Source: Camelus dromedarius (Eukaryota). Taken from it: DNA of 64,000 nucleotides. The stretch lies in the NCBI RefSeq assembly GCF_036321535.1, contig NC_087436.1, positions 56,236,001-56,300,000 on the forward strand, written 5' to 3'. Shown one piece after another: positions 1 to 13,747 of the stretch (position 1 is the first letter of the stretch; every line of letters starts with the position of its first letter). The translations under genes and the position numbers were made by a program. Below the pieces are notes generated by a model, which did not search any database, was not told the origin of the DNA, and worked only from the letters and a program-made list of their open reading frames with translations.

Positions 1-1196
1 TAGGGACTAACATGTGTTAGTGATAAGGGATTTGGAACTGTTTCTGAATATATGCAAAGTCATGGGAGATTTTAAGTAGGAATTGTCATGACCTGATTAT
101 ATTTATTTCAAAGACTATTCTTGCTGCTATAGGGAATATAGACTTTAGAAGTGTAAGAATGGGACACCGTTTAGGAGATCTTGCCTTTCCTCAAGTAGTA
201 GATGGTTGTTTGTGGGTCTTATAGTAGGAGTAGAAGAGACAGAGAAAGGTAGAGAAATAAAGAATATATTTTAATTCCTGTGGGAGTAGAAAATTTGGAA
301 TATGGTTTTTAAACTTGATTTTACTAAATGAATAAAATCTAGAAAATATTTGATCATTCAGAAGAAAGTGAAATCTTCCATGCTAAAGGTCAACAGACGC
401 ACTAGAGTGAATTTTTCTTAGAGGACCTAAAATCAGTGGTCGGTCGACTTAAGCTGTATTCAAATACAATCTCTTAGTGGTGCTTCAGCAACAGGCAGCG
501 ACCTAGCCTGTGTCCACAATCAAGGGCAGGAGAGTTTTTACTTCCGTCTTTTACTTCTTAGATAAGTTACTTTGCTTTGGAATTTCTTTCAATGATTCTC
601 CATATGCCTATAGGCCAATCACTGTAAACTTATTGTGGATGAAAAATGGCAGTCTTAGAGAGCAAAAAGAGCAGAAAGTCAGTATTTTCAAAAGGTGGTC
701 AGATAGCAAGAATCCAGCACTCTTAGTTGGTAAATAAGAGGAAATGCTGAGAGTTACTTAACTTGAAAGGCAAGTTTATAGTAAAGACTGGCTAGGAACT
801 TTAGGAACTATCTCTGGACAAAACAATGTACAGTCCCTTTGCCTAAAATTTAGCATTTTAAGGATATTTCAGTGCCATTTTGCTCCCTTGGAAGATATTA
901 TTAGATACAGTCATTCTACTTTGGACTTTTTTCATGATTGTCACCATTAGTTCATTTATTAACATGCTTTTATCTCCTTATAGTTGAACTTAAGGCTTTA
1001 GAAATGTCAGTTTTCAGGTTTCAAGACAAGTTCACCTCTACAATGTGGTCTGCATACATTCAGCTCTCAAAAGTAATGAGACAGACATGTGTGGAATTAA
1101 GGAACTGTTTTCCCAGCAGGAAAACAAAATCCCCTTTCTTAGCAAATTCCTTCCCTTTGCGGAAGTTACAGCTGAGCAAAATGTCACTCCAGTTTC

Positions 1197-1765
1197 TATT
1201 ACCAAACCAGATCCATTTGCAGGACTTGAAACTAGCCAAACACTGAGATGCTGGGGTTTACAGCTGAGAAGAGTTTATTAACACGGCAGCCAGGTGAAAA
1301 GACTGGAGAGCCAGTCTTAGATCCGCCTCCCCGCGCGTTGGAGACTGGGATATGCAGGGTGGGCTTAGCCTGGGGAAAGGTCGTGGGAGGTGGGAAAAGG
1401 GGCGGTGATTTGTGTTCCGCGCAGGCGCAAAGTGTTTGTATATCAAAATGGAGGCAGCCAGAGTCCTCCCAAGTCTGCAGGCCGCTCATCGCCTAAAACT
1501 TAGAAGGGTCCCAGCCGGCTTTAGCCACCTGCTCTGGGCAGGAGCTGACTCCAACTTCCCGTGAAACAACTGGACTGCATGGAAACTGGATAGGTAAGAA
1601 ATTAAAGAAAAGAAAAAAGAAGGAAAAATACTAAAACGGACTTCATCAATGAAGGCAGTCTACAAGCAAAGGGGTTTTGACAAGGTATTCCCTATCTGTT
1701 CTGTAAGACAAGCTCGGGAATTTCTGTTAGTTATCAGCTTCTGTTAACTGTGGGGCACGGTTTCA
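1197..1765 (-). mobile_element. Probable ERV1-class solo LTR
   Basis: GC-rich island with TATTACC (decayed TGTTACC)...TTTCA ends; tttatt (AATAAA on minus strand) near 1275; imperfect 4-bp flanks tttc/ttta. Confidence 0.6.
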
Positions 1766-2334
1766 TTTACACTTTGTTTGTTGTTTTTTAATCCTTTGGC
1801 TATTTTTCTTACAATTTCCTAAAGATAAACTTGCTTGAAGACTAACTCTTCTTACAGCATAAAATACTGGTCACAAACCTACTGAAAGGTACAAAGTATA
1901 TTGGTCAGTGGTCAGCACAGAACTGAATGAGTATCTTATTGCTAATCTGAGAAGCAAATAGCTGCATAAACAAAGTAGCCTTTGATTCTTGACTAGAGAG
2001 AACTGTGTCTCCACGATAACTCCGGCCCTGGGGGGTGGGGGAGTTTCTTTGTACACTTTCTTTTTTAAATGGCCTTTTGCCTTTTGAATTTTAGGATGTG
2101 TTTAACCCACAACTTTAAACGATAAATAACATTCATTTGCATTTTGTAATGAAGACTTTCTTGGTCATACGTCCAGTGTGAGACACGGGAATAATTCTGG
2201 GGTTTCGAACTATGGAGCAATTGAGCTTAAACCTTACCTGGTGAAAGTGTATAGAAGGCTTATGAACTATAGGTATCTTCTAGAATTGTCAAGGCTTTAC
2301 TATTCAAGATGTGATGTATAGATTGTTTGTACTG

Positions 2335-2622
2335 ACTTGACCTGGGAGCATCTTAGAAAGGCAACTCTCAAGCCCCACCTAGGCCACTTAATCAGAATCT
2401 GTGCTTTAGCAAGATCGTCAGAACCAGTCTGCAGTACTGGTTCTCAAATTAGGATGTACATTGGAATCACCTGCGAATCATTAGCAACTACTGGTGCTTA
2501 AAGCCCATGCTAAAGATACTGATTTAATAGGTATAATAGGCAGCCTAGCTGTCACTATTTTTAGTAGGTTTTTAATAGCTCCCCAGGTGATTCTCAAATG
2601 CAGCAAAGTTTGAGAACCACTT
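2335..2622. mobile_element. MER5A/MER5B-like hAT-Charlie MITE fragments
   Basis: ggttctcaaa...ggaatcacctg...ccccaggtgattct...tttgagaaccact with terminal inverted repeats. Confidence 0.7.
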
Positions 2623-5216
2623 GTCTAAAGGGCAAGGTCAAAACAGATACAGGAAGAGCTTCAAACTTGTCACTTCTAACTCAGTAAAACGTGGCTGACT
2701 CCCAGCTTCTAGCTCATGCTCCTTCTAGAAGCTTGGCTTGGCTGAGTATGCATTTGATAATTGCTCCATAATTGTTTTTCCCATTTATTTGATTAATGTA
2801 TCTGCATGCAACAATTCTAGGCTGAATCTCCATTCTCTTTAGAAGTGTCAGTTTTCAGGTGTGCACAGGTTTTCAACTCTGTTATGCCGTTTTCAGCCTG
2901 TGTTCGGACTTGAGGGGCCCCAGTTTGAGTTTCGTAGAATAATCTTTCTGATCAATGTGAATTTTTCTAGCTAATGGATGCTGAACTCACTTTTCATGTT
3001 GGGTGGCATGTGGCAGTTTCTCTTTATTAATTAGAACAAATGTGCCAATTATGTTAATGTTTCTCCCGATACCAATCAGAGAATAATTAGATACAACACA
3101 TCTGTCCTTTACAAGGGAGTAGAATAGGAAAGAAAACTACAAAGGTGCTTTGCTCTTTATTATTGACATATATGATTAGACAATTCCTTAACTAATCACA
3201 TCGTTAACAAGTTCATGTATCAAAAGGGCAAAGGGTGCCAATAGCTATTTGGGGTTCTGAGCACCTCTTGTTAGCAATTTTGTGATCAAAGTCTGGCTAT
3301 CTCTAAAGGACCTCTGCAGAGAATTTGTGGTCTCTTTCCTTTAAAAAAAAAAAAAAATTACTTTTTTTAGTAAAATCAGGTATGTCATTTACCCTGAACT
3401 ACAGAAAGAAACAATTCTTAAATATTTAAAATTCAAAAAAGAACTCAGTTTTATTGATATTAAAAAGTTACACTGAAAGAAATCACAAAATTCAGCCTAT
3501 AGTATATTGAAGGTGTTGTAAGCATAGGTAAATCACCATTGGATTTATAATTTGTTACAATTTCTACTTATACTTCTCCATGTATCTCAACTTTGGAGCT
3601 TTATGATTAATGGAAAAAATTGATTTTGCTTCTGTTGTTTCATTGGCATTTGTGGTCCATACTTGGAAGAGTTTTAGAGGGATGGAGTTGTAGCCAAATT
3701 ATTTCACAGTACAAATAATGCTTCTGCCCTTGTCTTGATCCTGACATTATGGAGAAGGCAGTCATGAAACCAACACATTAGCCTTCTAGAAGGCAGTCAA
3801 AGTGTATCCTAATCACTTTTCAGACGAAGGTTTTTATTTAGTTTAGAATTAAAAGTACGTGTACTTTAGAAAATAAGACTTCCATTCCTAATGTTTGATA
3901 ATATTAAACTATGTACTTTTATCATCTGAAGGTAAAACATCATCGTTTTCATAATGTCTGTATTACTGTGGTTCCAAATACACTGTCACTGTGTTCTTTT
4001 ATAAGCAGAAAATAAGAATAAAATTTCAGGTTATAAATTTTTTTCTTACTGTGACACTTAAACAAAACAAAGAAACAACTGAGAGCAGTCATTTAATATA
4101 TTTGCAAGTAGTTGTGGTTGCTAATGCTGGTGGCAGACGTTTCTAGAAAGCCCCTAGTACATGAATCATCCTGAGTATGATATGTTCCATTTGCCCAGAG
4201 GGTTGGAAGGGATGAGGCAATGAGGAGGACATGCTGTTGATTTATTTTTATTACATCATTCTGCCCCAAATATTTGTCTTTTATTTTTTTAATAGTAAAA
4301 CATGAGCATAGCTATGTTTTAAACAATTTTAGTAGCAAGCCATGAAAAAAAGTACTGGAAATAAGTAAATTTTGGAAAATAATTATCTTGTGTAAATGGG
4401 TCCCCCACTTTATATTAACATTGGAAGTTTTGGAATCTGTCTTAGGTAGCCTAAGTTTTATAATGTTTAATTAGAAAGACAGCAATAGAGTAAGTAAAGG
4501 TAAAAAATTGAGTATAGGAAGTCAAGGTTAAATATGGGGATTATTTACTTCATTTGAAATGTTAACCCACTTTTCTGTTTTTGCTGATGTTATAAGTCAA
4601 AGTTAAATTTAAGCTAAAAATAAATTATTTAGGGGAAAGATAACAGAATTTTTGAAACATGAGGTTTGTTGAATGCTGGAGGAGCTGTTCAGAAGAGGTT
4701 TTGAAAGCCTGGGGCATTGAAAAAAGATCCCCATGTTTTTCTGCAAAACTCTCCCTGACAGCACTTATATAGCCAATAGTTCTGAATTTTATAAACTATC
4801 AGTAACAATAAGACTATAAAACCATGCATAAAACCATAAAAAAAAAAAAGTTGATCCCTAAATCACACCACACACAAGAAGAGTTGGCAGTTTTACATAC
4901 CTTTTCTGGGAACACACAATATGGGGTGAATATGCTCGAGTCCTAAACCTTAGAAGTTGGGACTCACTCATCTTCATTAATAAAATCATGTTAGGGTTTT
5001 CAGAACTCTGTGCCAGACTGAAGGAGTCAATAAAAGTGAGAGACCTAGCTGTTGGAAGGACTTCTAAAAAGTTTATCCTCTTACTAGAAGAGCTGGGCAC
5101 CAGTCCTCTTACAAGATGGCTGGAATTATGACGTCTCTTCTGGTACATACACTACGAGGGATTGAGACTGTGAATAAGGGGAAACTTTCCTCACCAGGAG
5201 AGTTTTATTGATGAGG

Positions 5217-5432
5217 TCTCATAAACCAACACCAGTAGTCGTATGTAGTGGAAAATTGAAAGATTTCTCCCAGATTTTTTTCCTGATATTATGAATATAG
5301 AGGTATGTGCTTCTTAATATGAATGAAATCTCATAAACCAACACCAGTAGTCCAATGTAGTGGAAAATTAAAAGACTTCTCTCTTTTTTCCTGATCAGCA
5401 TCATGAATATAGAAGTATGTACTTTTTAATAA
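5217..5432. repeat. Diverged tandem duplication, period 112 bp
   Basis: tctcataaaccaacaccagtagtc...atgaatataga occurs at 5217 and 5329. Confidence 0.9.
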
Positions 5433-6559
5433 AGACACTAAGGAGCACTGAATCATCAACAAGTAAAATGCATTAATGCAAGTAGAGTTCTGTTTGGGGT
5501 AAATCTAGAGAAGAGGCAATTAAATTAAATTTATTGACTGCTTTCTAATTCCAGTTGCTTTCCCTTCCATATCTCATTAAATGCTCCTACAACCCCAGGA
5601 GGGACGGTCCTTACATTTGTACAGGTGAGGACTGTGATCCTAGGAGCTTACAGCCTCCTCAGGCTGTAGACTGAGCAAGTGGGAGGGCCAAAACACAGAG
5701 CCACGTCTGGCCAACTCCTAAGCCCATTTTTTTCTTCCTGTAACAAAAAGTGTTTTATTGACTGTATGTTTTTGAAATTTAGTTCATTAAAATGACATAA
5801 ATTGTGTGTAGCCTTATTTGCTCAATTTTCATGAGCTAATCATATAATACCCAGATAAAGATATTTTTGGGAAAAGTTCTTTAAAAGTGTTACATCATCT
5901 CATCAATTTTCCAAAAGTAGAGTATTCAAGTTTGAGTTGTGTGTTATTATTTACACACACTTCATACAACAATGAGAATTTGAGAACTTTTGAATGTAAA
6001 GAAATTAAGCTCTATTTCGAGTCCATTAATAATACAAATCTCAATGATTTTTAAACATATTTGATGTCCAAGAACTTTTTTCAAAATATTTTTCTAAAGT
6101 GAAATTAATTGGTATGTACTATCGGTTTGCAGGTTACGTTTTTGTCACAGTACTGCTCTTGGTTTTGTGATAAACAGTACTTCCTAGTACTTAGAAGTCA
6201 TCTCAGTATTTCTGCTTCTAGAAATCTGTACATATATTGCTGAGAATAAATGGAATTCAATATTGTGATTGTCTGAAACTTTAGGTCATAAATATTAAAC
6301 ATTTTGCCTAATTTCTAGCACCTGTAGTGGTGTTTGGTGCATCAGTATTCATAGAGTGAACTAATTTTGAGTAGCTCTTACTTGTATTTTCCTGTACAAT
6401 CATGTCTTCATTTCTTCTCTTTGAATGTGGCAGCCTATCTCAGTTGAGGGAATGCTTATTTTCAAAACCTTATTTCTTATTGTAAGAGTTTTTATTTTCC
6501 ATATGGGTAAACCTCACTCATTCATGCCTCTGTTCATATATTCATTCTTTCACCACACT

Positions 6560-7110
6560 TCACCATGAAGGCTTTATTTCTGGCTCTCAAACAGCTTTTG
6601 CAAGTGCTCTTCTCTGTGCCTGGAACATTCTGACTCAGGATTGGCTTTTTTTAGGTTGTCATGTGGCAGTGGGTAGTCACCTCTTCAGAGAAGCCATGTA
6701 AAGCAAGGGTCAGCAAGCTATAGCCTGCAGGCCAAATGCGTCCCATCACTTGTTTTTGTAAACAAAGTTTTATTGGAACACAGCTGTGCTCATGCGTTTA
6801 CATATTGTCTATGGCTTTTGTTTAGAGACCATATGGCCCACAAAGCCTAAAGTATGAAATACGTAGTCCTTTACAGAAAATGTTTTCTGATTCCTGATCT
6901 AAAGCATTGCATAATGCTGATTTATTTTTTTCCTAGATCTTAGGACCACTGAAATAATCCAGTACGTTTATTTGTTTATATATTGTTTTTCTTTTCTCTT
7001 GAGAATCAGTTGGAGAACAGACTGTCTTTGGTTTATTGATGCATCCCAGGTACCAGGAATAGTGAGGCCGCATAGTAGATGTTTAACAAATATTCACTGG
7101 GTAAACAATC
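6560..7110 (+). mobile_element. L2 3' fragment, interrupted by MER58A
   Basis: L2-type 3' end (ccaggaatagtg...catagtagatgtttaacaaatatt). Confidence 0.6.
6704..6896. mobile_element. MER58A-like hAT-Charlie MITE
   Basis: Characteristic gtttttgtaaacaaagttttattggaacacagc core; 8-bp TSD atgtaaag/atctaaag. Confidence 0.85.
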
Positions 7111-9200
7111 AGTACATTTTTGAACATCTCTGCTAGGGCACTGTGCTGATGCTGTGTATACAGAATGTATTCAAAATGTGTCATATTGTATATATCGTAT
7201 ATACATATATAAAATATATATTATAAATATTTATTTTAAATGTATAAAATATATGCATATATATAAAATCATGCTCCCAAGAGCATTTATGGTAGGAATC
7301 CACAAACTGTATATTAATTATTACAGTACAATATGATAAATGGTTTGAGAAGAGTGCTAGGGCTGCACATAAAAGGACAACACTACTTAGAAGAGACAAA
7401 AAAGCTTCAAAAAGCTTCAGAAAGAAAGTGTCCTCTGAGGTGAACATTGCTGAATGAATGAAATTCTCTCAGCAGAAAAGGGGAAATGCATTCTGGGGAG
7501 AGTGCGCAGACATTGCAGAGGTGTGAGTGGCCATGTTGATGATGGTCACGTGCTGAGGAAACTTTAGAAACTTCATGTGCCTAGAGTAGGATTAGGTTTT
7601 CCAAGTGAAGCTGTTACCAACCAGCGTCCTTGGACTCATTAATGAATCAGTAGAAATTGAAAAGAAGCCAGAAGAATTCAGGCAAGGCTTTCCTGGGCTC
7701 CTGCTGCAGCACGAGGGAGCAAAAACAAGAAATAAGTGCCCTTGCTTGCTCTCCAAGGAGGACAGGCTGGTTTCTTAAATGAGGTGAGGGTAGGGGCAGA
7801 TCAGTGGGTTGGGGCAGGAGGGGTGGCTTAGGTGGTCTGCCGCACCCCTCCCTTGGTGGTGCTCTGTGCAGGGGTCATGTGCAGGACCCTGCTTTTGCTC
7901 CTGGTACCTCAGAAGTGGCAGCTGGTTTTTGGCCTTTTTATGGCTTTTTGTTCATGCCCCAACTGAGGCATGCATGCAGTTATTTTCAGTCCTTTATAGT
8001 TTCTTTGTATTCTATTGCACGAGGAGACATTTGTCCAGGTGCAAGCATGGCAGTAAAGGGTCCCAGGCCCCAGCCTGTCTCAAAGCTAGAGCAGTAACTG
8101 GGGGCAGTTTGCAAAAGGTTTCATGTGGCATACTATGAAATTTGGATTTTAACCTAGAAACAGTGACACATGGAGAGCATTTTTTGCTGGTGTTGTTTTT
8201 TAAGATTTACTTTTTAGAGACTCGTTGGAATTAAAATTGTATCACAATACTTAAGAGTGGGGCTAGGGAAGAGGGCCCAGGTTTGAGAAATATTTAAGGT
8301 AGGGTCTATAACATAAGGAATGATTTTAAAGAGCTGTGAGGATTACTATGAGCTTTGAGTTTAGGAATGGGAAGATAATGACTCCATTAATTAAGACGGG
8401 GGAGACCAGGTTTATGGAGTAGGGACCAATGTGAGGAGATACTGAGATCAATTCAGCACCTAAGGCTTTTCATATTTGTTGAGAATTCAGGTGGAATTAT
8501 CTAGAAAGTAATCAGAAATGTGAATGGAACGTAACAAAACTTAGGATTGAAGTCAGTGACTTTTGAGTTAGAAGCCATGAGAAGGAATCAGCCAGCCAGT
8601 GCATACAGGTTGTTCGAAAACCCAGCTACACTTTAGCATCATCTGAGGAGCTTTAAGAACACCCATACCTGGGCCCTGTGTCAGCCCCATTAAATCAGAA
8701 CCTCTGCAGGTGGGACCCAGGAATGGGCAGGTCTTAACAGCTCCCGCATGTGATTCTGGGGATTCTCAACAAAGTTGAAACCATTGTTACAGAATTAAAA
8801 GGGGAGAAAAAGATGCCTGAGGAGGACTACATAAAACTGATGGATAGACCAGTGAAAGAGGCTTGAGAAAGAACAGAGAGGTGGCGGGAAAACAGCAGAG
8901 AAAGTGCCCTTGGACTGGGCGGTTAGGGAGGCCTCTGGTCACCTGTGACGGTGAAGCTTGAGTGACGAGGGCGAGCCCAGGCAGCAGTAAACTGAAGAGT
9001 GAGTGGGCAGGTTTAGCAAGAGACTATGAATATTCTGCTCTTTCAAGTAGTTTAGCCACCAAAGGAAAGAGCATGTGAAAGCATAGACGAGAGGCGCGGG
9101 CTTGCCGTGGGTGATGTGTTTGAGGGATGGAGGAGATACGCATGTTTTTGGGTGACTTTATAGAAGAAAGGAAGAGCTTTGAGAGGAGTTTGTATCTTTT
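7110..9200 (-). mobile_element. Degraded L2 region with nested LTR and MER5B-like insert (about 8605-8790)
   Basis: Purine-rich L2-like sequence (e.g. gaggcctctggtcacctgtgac, tctttcaagtagtttagc); boundaries approximate. Confidence 0.5.
7612..8082. mobile_element. ERV1-class solo LTR, 471 bp
   Basis: TGTTACC...TCTCA termini with a perfect 4-bp TSD AAGC (7608-7611, 8083-8086). Confidence 0.85.
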
Positions 9201-12094
9201 GGTCCGTTTGGTCTGTTAATAAGACACATCATCTGCTGAGGTTAAGGAAGATCACAAAAATACTGAGTAATTTGTTGATGACCCAGGGCCTCAAAAAGCC
9301 TGAGAGGTGGAAAAGTGACCAGTGAGTGCGAATCTGAGTTCAGGATTCAACAAGGTGGAGCTGGGAATGATCATGGGAGTGGTGCAGACATCTTTAAGTT
9401 TGTCTTCTGGATAAACTTTCTCTTTTTCCTCCTTGCTAACACTTTTCAACTAGAGTAAGGTGACTTTATTTTCATTTGTTTTTCCTTGATTGAATGTTGA
9501 ACATGGTCTCACAATGTGAAGGTTGTTCTTTACAGAACTGTATCACATTGCTAAGCATCCTTATCATGGACTGTGTTGCTTAAGAAAGTAACAAACCAGA
9601 GTGATAGGTTTAACCTGGGTGAATTCACCTATGTGCAAATAGAAGTTGTCTTTAGGACAGAATTTGATGGAATGCCTTTAGATTAAAAATGTGACCATTA
9701 AAAAGATTTTAAAATATTTATCATTTCACGTTAGATACCATTCTTTCCTGTTTTTTACACTTAAATGTTAATTTATAAAAGTCATTTAAACTAGTAAAGA
9801 CACTAAAAGTTAAGTTATAGCTTTGTTTTAACTGAAGTAAATTTTTCTGTAGATGAATGATAGTAACATTAGCTTAAAGTTGTATGGAAGTGATCAAAAG
9901 TGCTTTCATATATATATTTTTCATATCTCACAGGACCTTTATGAGGGAATTAGGACAAATATTAATATGTAGAGATAGAAAAATAAGGTGTAATGACAAG
10001 TGACTTGCCTAAAGTCAAACAATTCATGGATGGGACAGCTGGGTCTTAACTAGCCTTTGAACTTTAAACTCAAGTGTCTTTTGGTGAGGTCTCATTGGCC
10101 TTATGTAAATATAAAGCAATATGCATAACTGCAGAAGCACCCAGAAGGAATATGCAGTGGGTTCAATTCACTGATCCCCAACTCCCACTCCTATTTATCC
10201 TGTTCTTTGGCCTTCCTGATTCTCGGCCTCTTTCATTCTCCCCGATGGAGTTCCTCTCTTGAAGACAAAATCTAGATCCTCTCATGCCCTGGTGCAGTGA
10301 TCTTCAATTTTTTGCTAGCTTATTTTTAAAAGACTTAAAGATAGATAGATGGATAGATAATACATAGCTGTATATCTCCCCAGCATTTTTAAGTTGGAAT
10401 CTAAAATGTTCATCATGAAACTAAATAGTAGGAAAATATATTGTCTGAGTATATTATAAATATTTGGCATCTATAAATAAAATGGCTCGGGGACTTAAGA
10501 TGATCCAGTGGAATGCAAACACCAAGCACTGTAATGATTTCTTACCCAACATCATCCATTAACAAAATATAAGAACAAAATTTTCTTTAATAGAAAGAAT
10601 ATTTACAGTGTTCTTTTTTCTAGATTTCTAGACCACTTTCTCCATAGAATTTTTTTACCCTAAAGGTATTTAAAACAGTTTTTACTGATCACAGTTCAGT
10701 ACTTTTCTGTAATAAAAATGCACATATAAATTTTATTTCTTGTGGTCACAGAGATATAAACGTTAAGTTTCTTTTGAATTGTCAATACCTTTGTTAATAA
10801 TTAGTACATAATTTGTCTGAAGAACCAAAATATACTGTAAATTTTGATAAATTATTATTTAGCACAGACTGAATTTTTATTAGAGTTACATATTTACACG
10901 GGAGAAATAAGGTTTTATCATCCTCTGCAGTTCGCTCATTTAGCCATGTTTGAATGTTACTGAAATGAGACAGGATAACATAAATTTCATTTCTATCTGT
11001 CATTTATAATAGATTCAAATACTGAGTTTTTCTCATCCATAGATAAGTAAATGGGAATGCATGAAGTTATATTATAACAGTGTCCCCCAACTCTGCACAT
11101 TGTCTGAATTATACACCAAAAATCATAGTGTTCTATCATCAGAATTTATGTTCGGTGACCATTAGCTGTCATGTTAGGTCCTCCTTCAATTTTGATGAAA
11201 GCAAAGAATTGTAAATCACTGATTTGCAAGAGGATTTGTTACCCTGTCATTTCAATCCTATACGCTCTCAACTATTACACTAATATTCCCAATTATTTGT
11301 TTGGTACCCTGGGGTTTTTTGGGGGGTTTTTTTTGTTTTTTTGTTTTTGTTTTTTACACCCTTAGAATGTACCATGGTAAGATCAAGATATGAGATGCTT
11401 TTATTTTGAAAAGTAGAGGGCAAGTTCTCAAGACAATTAGTTTTAGGATGAAGTGCATATAGGTGTTCAGGATACAAATATTGAGTCCCTTAAGTACATT
11501 TTTGCTAATGTACCCTTAAAACATTTTGCATACTGCTGGATACTTGAATCCCAGCTTGAAATCTTCACTCCTTCAAGCTCTTCTTTATCTAAATTTCAAG
11601 GGGTTTCCCTTAGTCACTTATATGCCATACTTTATAATGCTTCATATGGCTTAGTTTAAGCTGTTATTTCTTCAGGTCATTTGCATAATGAAGAGGACCC
11701 ATATAATAATGGTGGAATTAAAAACTGGCCCCTCTTAAATACATTTCAAGTCACTGCCAAAAATTTGAGGGGGCAATTTTGGAGAGTAAGGAGCTTTTCC
11801 TGATGCTACTGAAATCAAAGTACACCCGTTCTTAATGTTAGCTCTGAAAGTAAATCAGAGTTAGTCCTTTAAGAAAGGGCAGGGTAATGGTGATGACGGG
11901 GTGGACCCTGTGGATCTCACTGCCTCCCTGGAGGACACCAGCCAGAGGTTAGCCCAAGCCCATCTCCTGGAGTAGCTCAGGTGTTTGGTGTCCCAGCTTC
12001 CCTCAGCCATGATCTGGAGTCCACTCTGTCAGTGCTCAAGTCTGTGGCACTATAGTTGCCTCCTCCCTGTTCTTTGCTTGGTAGACAGAAAAGA

Positions 12095-12290
12095 GTCCAG
12101 ATCTCAGGCAGTCCTGTATTCAGATCTGTATTTACTCGTGTACGAGCTTTATAAGCCTGTGCTAGTTCTTCTCTATGAATGTCATTCTTCTCATCTGAAT
12201 AATGGGTATATAAATACCTCTCTCACAGAGCTGTTGTGAAGAACAGAGATTATGTACATAAAGTACCTTGATGGGTGCTTGAGACGCTTT
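12095..12290 (+). mobile_element. MIR SINE
   Basis: MIR core ttctcatctgaataatggg...cacagagctgttgtgaag. Confidence 0.65.
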
Positions 12291-12421
12291 AAAGGTGCTC
12301 ACTCTTTTCCTCCTTTTCACTCCTGGCCAGCATATTGCATCCCTCTCACACACTCCTCTGTCCTCTAAATTTCAGCCCAGGGAAAATACTGTGCTCTTGA
12401 ACTCTCCTTAAACTTGGTCAT

Positions 12422-12848
12422 TGTTAGTTTGCAACCTCCTCAGGAGTTTCCTGGTTGAAATCTGAAACTGACCTTGATAGAGAGAGGGCAGGGAGAGACC
12501 AAGGAGAGAGGCAGACCACTCCAGATTGGTAGGTGGCAGGTTTAATAAGCAAGGGAACTTACATATGAGGCTTGTCTTGGATGGCCACAAGATGAGTAGA
12601 TCTCTGCACCCACCTGCCAGAATTGTAGAAATTAATATAGAAGCCTTAACTGGGTTCTGTTACATATACCATCAAGATGATCTCAACATCACATTGCTAT
12701 CTCAAATCTGCATCCTTGGACAGCTGCTAGTGTGAGAAAGGCAAGCAGCACACGTTCCAAGGACGGAGGAGGAGAAGGACTTCCAGTTGCCCAGGTCCAG
12801 CTCACAGGTCAAGCTGCAGTCCTGTACTTTCAGTTACCTCCTCCAACA
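12422..12848. mobile_element. Solo LTR, probably ERVL class, 427 bp
   Basis: TGTTAG...CCAACA termini; 5-bp TSD gtcat/gttat with one mismatch. Confidence 0.75.
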
Positions 12849-13747
12849 GTTATGATTCGCATAGAGACTACAGGGTGCCTCTCCACCTCCAGGTTGAACC
12901 CCTACTTGACCCACTGCAAAGGATGATAACTATTCCATAATCGTAGGTGTGTCCTATAATTTCTACCTCCTCTTAAACCAGTCCATCTGTCCCAGAATCC
13001 TTTATGTGTGGGGAGAAGGAGAAGCAAAAAGGAGAGCCTGGGACACTCACTGTGAATTTGGGGACAATGGAGAGAGAGAAGGCAGCTAGAAGAAACTTGC
13101 ATCTCTTAGGGACTTGGATAAGGGTGTTAAATCTAATGACAGGTGTGCCATTGTATGAGGGTGGAGTGGGGTGGAGACTGACTGAATTCATTAAAAACAG
13201 GTGATAACTAACTTGAACAATTAGGAGAAAAGAACTGGAAAACTCATAAAGGTAAAATAAAACTATAAAATATGGATGGTCTAGGACTAGGTAAAAGTAG
13301 TATTAGTGAATAAATTTCCTATCATTTATGCCTCATTATTACCAAGTACGATAATGAATATTCCTCAAATTAACCTAGATAAAATTTCTTTTATTAAAAT
13401 TCTATTCTACTTATACCCTTAAAATGAATGTAGTGTGATGATTTGCTTATAATTTAAAATAATTAGAAAATAATATTTGCACAGACTGATTAAAATGTCA
13501 TGTTTTAGTATCTCTGAAGCACATGCATGCTAATGACATCTCTGGAATTACAGATTCAAAGAGTTTAAGTGGAAATATGTATTTAGGTTTAGTATAAAAA
13601 CTAGACCGGGCAGCTTAATACTTAATCACATACATTCCTAGTACAATCTTAAGAGTTTTTGATCTAGCAGTGAATTGACTTTGTCTCAGCAGAAACATCA
13701 GTGAAGGCTAAAGGAATTCAGACATCAAGATATTTTCCTTTGTTTTT

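Noticed and set aside
1045..1496. GC-rich ORF cluster as a processed pseudogene or small gene
   Set aside because: No recognisable protein; better explained by a solo LTR
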